From NCBI GenBank assembly GCA_003990765.1, contig RBNJ01000189.1, forward strand, positions 1 through 37,515: 37,515 nucleotides of DNA, in the 5' to 3' direction. Positions 25,234 to 34,713 of the stretch are shown piece after piece. The notes under the pieces were generated by a model. It did not search any database. It had not been told where the DNA came from and saw only the letters and a list, made by a program, of their open reading frames with translations. The DNA comes from Jimgerdemannia flammicorona (lineage: Eukaryota). The translations under genes and the position numbers were made by a program. Position 1 is the stretch's first letter, and every line of letters begins with the position of its first letter.

Positions 25234-25703
25234 TATAATAATTGATCAAAATTAGAAACAATAATTAGAGGATAGATATTTAATTATAGTATCTGAATCT
25301 GATTTTTAAGATATATAGTATAGTATTATAGTTTAGCAGTTACTTAATCTCTCAGTTATATAATTTGTATAATTATATGAAAAGTACAGATATACAGATC
25401 TCTCAACTATACAGATTTACAGATATAGATCTCTTAACTATATAAAATAACTTATAAAAAAAGAAGTCTTAACTTAGTCACTATATAGCTAGCAAACATA
25501 TATAAATATTTCTAATATCTAGAGTAAATAAACCTCAGATCACAATAGTTCAAATAAAGAGACAAGAAACTAATAACCTACAGGCAGATATATTTCAAAC
25601 TCACTCACTCCTATACTTAAAGACTCTGAGGAGTCAAGAAGATTAATTATTTAAGATAAAAAAATATATCACATTTCTGCTAATATATATCTACTATGTT
25701 ACA
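25234..25703 (+). repeat. 3' LTR of Gypsy family A
   Basis: Preceded by the PPT-like CAGAAGGAAG, ends TGTTACA followed by ATAT, aligns to 2713-3168. Confidence 0.85.
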
Positions 25704-26479
25704 ATATATAAGCTATATATTTTACTTTACTTTTTTTTAATAATTTTACTCTTATAATAATTTTACTTCTTTACTAATTCTATATTTTTAAAATAAAAAA
25801 TATTTTAAAATATATTAACTAATATTATTAGTAGTTATTATAATTTAATAATAAATATTATCATGTAGTGATCACTGAGTCCTTCAAATACACCAGATTC
25901 TCTTCAAGGTGTATCTCTTAGACTAACTCAAGTTGTTATAAGCAAGTTCTTATTGGAGTACCTTCCCAAGGTCTTATAGTCCTCAAACTTCTTATCTTTA
26001 ACTGTCTTTTTATCTCTTAGATTGCTTGCAAGGAAGTATGTGTATTATACTGAGAGGAACTGACTTTATTTCAGAGGAAATAAGAGAGGTATTTATACAA
26101 AATATAATTCAATAGTTGCTAAGATATAAAGCTAAATATAAATTCCAATAACTAAAACTACTAAGTTCCAGGGCTGGTATTATTTAGTATCACATCAAAA
26201 TACCAGTGCTAGAACAATTTCACGTCACCTCAAGATGCTGGTGCTGGCATTATCCAGTGTTACATGAGAATACCAGTACTGGCATTATCTAGTATAACAA
26301 AGAACTTAGAGCAGTCGAGAGACTTCTTTTGCTTGAACCATTCAGAGAGAGCTAAGCCATACAGACATCTTTCAGTGAAAGACAACACATTTTCAAGTTT
26401 TTATTTCGAACATACTGGTGTACATCATGTGGCGGGAGTCTACCTACAAGACACAACAAGTTTTAAGGAAAACTGTAAC

Positions 26480-28348
26480 ATGGCTAGTCAAGAGTCCTCT
26501 AGCTCTGAGCATCTGGAGAGGAGAAGGCCTGGTCTGGGGATCCCCAAGAGCTTTGCGGCTGCTACAGAGGCTGGGGAGGCTGCTGGAGGGATTGGGGGAC
26601 AAGGGAGGACTGGTGGGATTGAAGCCTGGTGTATGGTGATAGGGAATAGGAAGGTTGCCACTAGGCCCATGGGGGTGGAACAGGGGGGGCATAGTGTTGA
26701 CAGAGGGAGGGGTCAGGTGATAAGTCAGGTGACATGTCAGGTGGCTGGCAGGGGACAGAGATCTGGTGGTGTGACACGGGGGACTGGTTCTTCAGTAGCT
26801 GGGCAGGTGGCTGGGGAGAGGACTGCTGGTGGTGCAGCTGTGCCTGGAGGGACGACTACAAGTGTATCAGGGGCTAAGAGAAAGGTGACTCTGGTAGCTG
26901 GAACTAGCGAGTTAGTGGTGAGGCCCTTCTTCCACAAATCAGTATCAATGTGGGCAATCTTGGTGAACTTCCTGGGATTGGCAATATCAGCAAGGGAGGT
27001 TCTGAGGATGGTGGGGGAGGAAGTGGCTGGGGTGGAGTCTCTGAAGTTCATTTCTTCAGCAGAGGCTGTGGAGATTGGGTTTGTGGAGGAGGATGCAATG
27101 GTGAAGGCGCTGGAGAAAGAGATGACAGTCAAAGGTGTTAAGATTGGGATGGCGAGGTGTCTGAGGTGGAATCCATGTGCTGTTTGGCTGATGGTGGAAG
27201 GATTGCTGACCCTGGGCAGACAGGAGACCAAGAAGATGGTGGTAGAGGCACTGGGTGGATATGGTGAGATGGTGGACTTCGGGTTCATGTTCTGGGAAGG
27301 TACTAAGTTGAGGAATAGCAACTGCAAGGTGATGCTGTGACTGGAAGGCAAGGAGGCAACTGGGCTGGGCCGCGATTGGCCTGAAGGGATCCAGATTGGA
27401 GGGTGAGAGTGTAAGGTGTAGAGGAGGAAGGGGGCGGAACAGGAGGAGGAAGAGTTGGCAATTGCTCTGGAGGAGAGAGAGGCTGCCAAGGAGCTGTGGA
27501 AGAGGAAGTGGGAGGAGTACACCAAGGATTGAGTCTGGATCCAGGCAGATGGCAAGTGGAAGAGGTGGAGGAAAGAGAACTGGGAGCGTCTGCAGGCAGC
27601 CCTCCAAGGGGCAGTAGTGGAAGAGGAGGTAAGAGTAGAGGCCGCCAAGAATCAGATGGAAGGAGTAGAGGTGGCAGAGGTTTCCCTCTCCCAGCTGAGT
27701 GGTGTGGAGGACTCAGCACATGTGCCAGTGAGAGGAAAGTGGGCAGATAAGGAGGAGATTGGTGAGGGAGGCTTTGAGGTAGATAATGAAGTGGTGCCGG
27801 AGACTCAGGTGGAGGACACCTGTATGGCTGGGGTGGCAAATGTCCATTGGAAGTACCCAGAGGCTGGTGAGGTAATTCATTTGGAGAAGGTTGTGGAGGA
27901 GGATGAGTTGGTGGATGTGGCTTCTGATGTGTCGGCAGATAGGGAGCAACTGCAAGAGCTGAGCCGGACCCCCAGGCCTTTGACCTCTGGGCCCCTGGTG
28001 ATGACAGTGGAGAGCTGGTATCAGGCAGAGCTTAAGGAGCTGGCAGAGGAGGACATCAAGGAAGTGGACATGTTTCATAGGTCTCAGGAGGCATGGGAAG
28101 AGTTTCTCAATGTAGCGATACAAGGGCCTAAGCTGGTGACAGCCATGGTGGCTGCCCTTCTGGATGATGAAGGATATGATGTTGATGAGGGCAGGATGGC
28201 CGACATCTAAAAGGTAGTGACCGAGAGAGTGGATCTTTTCTGCAGCAGTGCAAATAGTGGTCGAATCTGGAGGGCAATTTGTGAAGACCAGTATGAGATC
28301 ATCAGAGGAAGAGTTGAGAAGGTGGTGGCAGTCCTAGCTGAGCTTTAA
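26480..28348 (+). pseudogene. LINE-b ORF1
   Basis: Starts MASQESSS at 26480, long G/E-rich frame with a few stops, homologous to LINE-a ORF1. Confidence 0.75.
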
Positions 28349-28360
28349 ACAATTTCCTTA

Positions 28361-31300
28361 ATGATGAAGAACAATCTATGTATTTTGTCGATCAATGTTA
28401 ATGGACTGCGGGATAGTGTTAAAAGATGGCAGCTGTTCCAATAGCTTAAAGTCAGGAGATATGATGTTGTGTTTCTTCAGGATGTTCGGGCTTATGGCAA
28501 GTCAGACTATGAGATGTAGAGTAAATAATGGTATGGTGGAGCAGGTTGGAATAAGCAGGTGGGTATCTTGGTTAGTGTGGGCAAAGGCAAGCTAGTGGAG
28601 GTAGAGATCTATGGTGATAGACTGATTTGGGGAAGGATAAAAGGAGGGACAGGTGACAGGTTGACAGTTGGCTCAGTTTACCTCCCTGTAGTTGGCAGAG
28701 AGCAAAAGCAATGGGTTGAGAGATGGCAGGCATGAGATGGGTGGGAGGAGGTTGTTTTGGACATTCTGGGGGGGGACTTCAATATGGTACATGATCGAAC
28801 ACTGGATAGGTCTGATGGTGGAGCAGGAGTTGCAGTATTCTCTGGACTTTCACAATGGCTTCAGGTGGAGTGTGATATGGGTTTGGTGGATGGCATTCAT
28901 CAATGACAGGGGGATAAGTTGGGACCCTTCACTCGGTGGCACCCAGTTGGAACAGTATTGGTTGGGACATGAATAGATTAGGTGCTAGTGGCAGAGTGCT
29001 GGGGCAATGTACTGGATACTGCCGAGGTGTGCTGGTGCCTATAGTCTGATCATTGGGGTGTGGAGGTTTGCGGTAGGTTCTAGGCGGCTGGCAGTAGTGG
29101 AGGGTACTGGCACCTCAATATAGCCCTACTCAAGAGGAAGCCGGAGAGGGATAACTTTGTGGAAGTTGTACAATGGAAAGTTATGTAGTGGTGCAATGAA
29201 GGGCAGTTGATAGCAGAATGGTGGGGTAAATTCAAACATTTGGCTGGGGCTTACTAGTGTGATGTTGGAGAAGTGGCTGGGAAGGAACAGAAGGACAAGG
29301 AAAGGAGAGTAGAGAAGGGGCTGCAATGGCAATTGAAGCTTTTGGAAAAGGGGAACCTGTCTGGAGAGGTGTGCTACAGATTGGCATTAGAGGTGACAGA
29401 GCTGCAGGCAGATTTGAGGGTGGCTGAGACCAGGGTGGTAGACAGCCTGCTGGCCAGGCTGTGAGTCAGATGGCTAGAAGAAGGAGAGAGGCTGACAAGA
29501 TATCTGTCCAGAGTTCTGAAGGCTAGGAGGGTATGGCATAGTTGGGCCTCAGTATTGCATGAAGATAGAGTGGAGGTCTCTGGGATTGCGGATATGTTAG
29601 GGGAGGTATCTGGTCAATGGCAAGCTCTTTGGCAGGATGGTAGGGAGTATGCTGAGGATTCTAGGTTTGGGGAGGATGATGACAATATGGTGACCAATTG
29701 GCCAGTGATAGCAATACCTGAGATTGGAGAGGCCGTCATGGGAGAGGTATCTCTAGATGAAGTATTGGAAGTACTGAAGAAGATATAGACTGGTTCATCT
29801 CTGGGGGAGGATGGGTTGCCCTGGAAATTCTGGAAGGAGTTTAAGACTGAGTTTGGTGGCTGGTTGGTGGAAATGACCAATGCTGTTCTGAAGGAGAGCA
29901 GCTGGATTGAGAATGGTTCCTTGGGGCTGGTCTCTCTTCTATATAAGGAAAAGGGAGATCGACGAGTGTGGCATAATTGGTGACCTATCATGCTGCTGAA
30001 TGTGGATAGAAAGCTGGTGTCAAAGATTCTAGCAGGGAGGATGTAGCAGTACATTGGCATGCTAGTTGGGGAAGAGCAGCAGGGCTTTGTCAAGGGGAGG
30101 CAGATTAGAGATAGTACTGCTTGAGTGTAGAATGTCTTAGAGGGCTGTAGGAGCAGGCAGGTAGATGGCCAGATGGTCTTTCTGGATCAAGAAAAGGCCT
30201 ATAAGAGAGTGCAGTGGAGTTATTTGGAGGCTGTTCTGCAGAGAGTGGGGTTTGGTATAGTAGAGGCAAGGTGACTGATGGGCCTGGTATGGGGATACTA
30301 AGCAGTGGTGATGATGAATGGATGGTGTGGACCAGAGTTTGCCTTGGGGCGAGGGGTACCACAAGGGGATCCTTTCTCTCCCCTTCTTTATGTACTTTCT
30401 CTAGAGCCCTTGCTAGTGTGGCTGAAGGGGTGGCTCTCTGGACTGCAGATGGGAGATGTGGTCTGGTGGTTGGGTGTCTTTGCAGATGACATGGTGGTAG
30501 GATTGGGTAGCTGAGAGGATGTGGAAGTCCTACAAGAAGGGGTTGGACAGTATGAGAGGCTGGCAGGGGCAAAGTTGAACTGGGGCAAGTGCGAGACAAT
30601 GAAACTAGGTGCTGGCCTGGGTGGATATGGACAATTTGGACAATTGGTAGCTACAGGGAGTACTGTCCGTTATTTGGGTATTTGGTTTTCAGTGTATGGG
30701 ACAGTTCTACCTAAGGAGTGGTGGTGTGGATTAGTTCAGAAGCTGGAAGGTATGCTGACAGGTTGGTCAGAAAGGAGCTTCTCATTGGTTAGCAGGATAG
30801 TGGTCTTGAATGTATATTGGCTGCCCAAGCTGTAGTATCTGGGTTATTATCTGGATTTTCTGGAGTGGGTGGTGCAGTAGCTGAAGAAGATTGTGGAAGA
30901 GTGGTTATAGTAAGGGAGGTGGCCACAGATTGGGTGGGAGACTTTGGTGATGAGGGCTTCTGATGGAGGCCTGGGACTGGTGGATTTCAGATGATGGCTG
31001 AAGGTACTTCAGGGTTGGTGGGGGTGCCGTATGATGGAACTAGGTGAGGAAGGTTGGAGCAGGCTGGCTATGGACAATTGGAAGGTCTGGTTCTGCCCTT
31101 GTGGTGAGGTTTGGAAGGATATGCGGGGTTTGCTGCAGGTTGGAAATGTAGGTAAACTGCAGTTTAAAGGGTTCTGGTGGGGTATTGTAGAGACCTGGCT
31201 GGCCATGGGGTTGACAGGCCCAGAGATAGAGGTGGACGAGAACCCTGAGCAGCGATGGTGGTGACTGGGAGACCTTTGCATTGGTGGCCACAGTCTGAAG

Positions 31301-33189
31301 GAGTACTATTTGATTAAGGCAATGGAATGGATCAGGTCTGGCCCACTGGAGAGATGGCCACCTGGTTGGCAGAGGGCTAGTATTGGTGAAGACTGGGAGT
31401 GGGGTCGAATTTGGAATTGGAGAGCCTCAGTATGCAAGATGGTACCGCTCAAGTACTGGGTGGTCTGGTGGCGATTTCTGAGATGTAATGTGATGCTGAG
31501 CTATTGGACAGACTGGATGGAGATCGATGGCTATCAGGACTGTGAGTGGTGTAATGAGGTGGATGGAGGGGCAAGTCTCTCCGCTACCTTACCAGTCACA
31601 AGGTTTGGTAGGTGACCTTCCAAGTCTCCTTTCCTCTAATATTACCCCCTCTACCTCAGGTTGGTTTGCTGTGCCTGTAGGGGCATGATGGGAGGAGGGC
31701 AATAGTGTTGAGTTGCTCCTTTATTGGTGTCGGATTGGTGCTTCCTCTACTTTTTTGCAAATTCTAGTGCCTTCAGCTATGTCTGGGGTATATCCGTTTT
31801 GGTGCAGCATCTTCTTCCTTTTGCCATTGCCAACTAGGAGTTGTCTCAGTATATCTCGGACTATGTAGGGAGTTGGCTGACCTTGGGCATCAAGTGCTCA
31901 GTATAGGTTACCTGCAGGTCCTTGGTACCTGTAGTGGGGCCCTCTGGCTTTGGCAAGTTTCCTGGTGAGTGTGGTTCTAGCATAGGTGACTGCTTTTCAG
32001 GTATTGTCAGGATGGGAGGGGAGATGGCCATCACAGATAGGAGGAAGGGTGATAATGGTAAACCAGTAGGGTGCCAGGCTGGGGGCGATCATTGGGGCTG
32101 GGGCAGGTGCTACTTCAGTGGGGCCTTTTGATTGGTGTGGTGCAGTTAGGTGGTAGGTGTCACTATTGGCTTCTTTTGGCAGTCAGTGGGATTGGGCCCC
32201 AGTCATCAGGGGGGGTCAGGAGGCCTGAGGCTACCCATTTCAGGCATCTTGGCTGCACTCAACTGGAACTAGGAGCTGACATGGCAACGTGATCGAGGCC
32301 CGCAGGCTTGAGTAGTGGGGTATTGGGGGTTTCCTCCCACCTCATGTATAAGTCCTTTACTTACCTTGACTGGGAGAACCAGGCCCTACCCACCATGTTG
32401 TGCTTTGATGAGGGTTTTTTCTTTGTCTGTCATTCTCTTTGGGGTGGCAGAGGCTATTCTATTCAGCTCAGGCATGACCTTGTACATACGTTGGGTTCTC
32501 AGGCATGCGCTTTCAGTCATTAGTATATGATTGGGTTTCCCCTGGTGGTAGGGAGAGCATGGTGCACAAAATGAGGTGTGGGCCTATTTGGCCCTGCTGT
32601 GCCTAGTATGATCAAGCTGCTGGACAATAGCTAGCCTAGGTTAATGAGGGAGCAGTGCTTGGTGGGTGGTGGGAGAGGGTTTTGGCCTATATAGTCTAGG
32701 TTCCCTTCCAATAAAAATCCGTGGAACATGAGTCCATTAAAAAAAAAAAAAGAGGTGGATAGAGGGGTTGTCCAGATGCCGGAGCATATCCTGGAGGCTT
32801 GCCCAGGTATGGAAGGGTTTTGGCAGAGTTTGGAAGATTACTGGGGCCCTGAGAGGCATAGAGCAGAGAATCCAACCAGTCTGGTGGTCAAGCACAGGCT
32901 GGTAGGGGAGATTGGTGATATTTGGGGTGGCCTAGGTCGAGTTTTGGGGGTCTGGGTCTTGATGGCAGCATATTGGCAGTGGATTTTCAAACAGGACCTG
33001 TGGATGGGGATTGGGGAGATAGTGGAGTAGTGGAGGTGGCTTCTCTAGGAGGTGGTTCAGGGGTAGTGGTATCAGGGGAAGCAACTTCAGCCAGGGGCCC
33101 TAAAGAAGGTATAGGACATTGTCCAGCAGAGTCAAGGATACCTAGTGGTTGATGATTGTAGAGTACAATGGAAGAAAGGAGTTGGCTGA
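28361..33189 (+). pseudogene. LINE-b ORF2 (APE, RT, C-terminal CCHC), with stops and a 1.2-kb insertion
   Basis: SINVNGLR, FLQDV, GGDFN, SDH, NW*PIMLLNVDRK, FLDQEKAY, GVPQGDPFSPLLY, FADD, and CEWC...EHILEAC split by the insert. Confidence 0.92.
31572..32751 (+). mobile_element. Unidentified 1180-bp poly(A)-tailed retroposed insertion
   Basis: AATAAA at 32710-32715, A13 at 32739-32751, 16-bp TSD GAGGTGGAT(G/A)GAGGGG (31556-31571, 32752-32767). Confidence 0.85.
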
Positions 33190-33282
33190 TGAATACTACT
33201 TATGTATATTATGTGATATTAGTAGTGAATTATGGTTCATTGTTATTGTATTAGATAGCTCGTAATAAAGGAGTCCATGTGA

Positions 33283-33319
<37 letters not shown>

Positions 33320-33320
<1 letters not shown>

Positions 33321-34123
33321 TAGAGCAGAAAGTTCAGGATCACAGGGGCTTCATCATCATCATCACTGAAGGAGATGAGATCTGCGAATTTGTCATTTTT
33401 GCGTGCTTTGATATTATGCAGGATGATGTCATCGATGACATCATCACATTCGGCTGTGGCGGGGAAATCGGGGACAAGGTCTGGAGCTCTCTAGTCTATG
33501 AGGTTCTCTTCCACAAAATAAGGAACAAATGTGGGGTCTTGGGGAGATCTAACCCAGATGCTTGGACCTTGGAATACTGAGATCAATCCTTGCAGGAATT
33601 GATCTGGGTTGTCCTGAAAGATAGGGTGCCAGAAGTTTTCTACTTCTTTGCTATTGAGAGTGATAGTGGACTGGACTTCTGTAGCCACCCTGGCTTCTAG
33701 TGCACTGATATGATGAGATGATAGGTCTCTGAAATCTGAGACTCTAACATACTCCAAGTTGGGGATTGACCATAGTGCATACCTGAAGATCTGATGGATC
33801 TTCCTAGCTATCCTTGTTTTGTGTATATCTATGGGAGTGGTATCTTATAGCTCTTGGGTGCTGGCCTGTAGGAACTCCTGGCAGAGGAGGTTTTCTATTT
33901 CATACTCCTGCCACATTTGGAGGCATTCATTAATAATAGTGATCCTTGTTTTCATTTTGTGGTAGTAGAGGATAAAGTGATAAGGGTCTGCAGTATCTAG
34001 GTTGACACTAGGAGTCCTTCTTGAGTGGGTCCTCATTGCTCTTCTGATGTCTTAGAATATCCTTTCCTCGACTGAGATATCTTGGTGATTCCTTGACCTT
34101 GAGGTTTGGTGGATAGCAGGCAT
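33320..34123 (-). pseudogene. LTR-encoded ORF, copy 3
   Basis: ATG at 34123 to TAA at 33320-33322, 804 nt, a net 24 nt shorter than copy 2. Its stops fall at different codons from copy 2. Confidence 0.72.
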
Positions 34124-34365
34124 TTTGTTTGTGGTAAGTCTTTGAGCTATTTTGGGATTGGTGGTTCTTGTTGGTTGCTGCTACTGTGGTTCCTTGATCC
34201 TTCTTTTATATTCTTCAGGATGCTCATACTGTGGTCACAATGACTCACAGTTGGTCATCATTGCTCATCTCATATGCCATATGATCTTCTTGTGCTCCAA
34301 TCTGGTGGCTTATAAGGAAAGGCTGTCTCCTGTGCTGATGTCATTATTTTGGGGTCACCATTACA

Positions 34366-34375
34366 TCTTCCTCCT
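34366..34375 (-). other. Polypurine tract of Gypsy B
   Basis: Minus-strand AGGAGGAAGA immediately precedes the TGTAATG LTR start. Confidence 0.8.
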
Positions 34376-34713
34376 GAATAAGGATCTTCCTGAGCATTCT
34401 TATTCATTGGTCCAGTCCTAAAAAATTTGCTGATCCCATAACCTCTGGCAAGGGGTCGAAAACTGATATTTATGGGCTGGCGTCTTCTCTTTGTATTTTG
34501 GTATGATGGTGAAAGGTCGCTCTCTTCATATAGAGCAAGGGCCTGATTCTGATCTTGACCAATCAGTTGACAGTTCGAACTCCTCTAACTGCAAAAGTCT
34601 CATGGATGAGTAGTTGCCAGTGCTGTATCCCTTAGAGAATGGTCCAGACAGATAGCCTGCTGGTCATGGGACATGCTGTTACGATTTGCAAACTAGAACC
34701 TCATGGGCGGTCA

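Larger units (their letters stand above)
2713..25703 (+). mobile_element. Degenerate full-length Ty3/Gypsy LTR retrotransposon (family A) hosting nested insertions
   Basis: Matching direct repeats at 2713-3168 and 25234-25703 (TG...CA termini, partly mutated), ATAT on both flanks (2709-2712, 25704-25707), and decayed gag-PR-dUTPase-RT-RNaseH-IN in Gypsy order between them. Confidence 0.9.
26315..33315 (+). mobile_element. Full-length L1/Tx1-like LINE (LINE-b) inserted in LTR-B
   Basis: Poly(A) at 33285-33315. TSD (AAA)GAACTTAGAGCAG at 26302-26314 and 33316-33328. The empty site is visible in the solo LTR at ~20520-20540. Confidence 0.95.

Noticed and set aside
26264..26479. N-terminal extension of the 358-aa ORF
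   Set aside because: It starts in LTR-B upstream of the LINE TSD, so it is a chance read-through. ORF1 more plausibly starts at 26480.
26737..27839. Long minus-strand ORFs (303, 183, 178 aa)
   Set aside because: Antisense shadows of the G-rich LINE ORF1 with low-complexity P/S/L composition.
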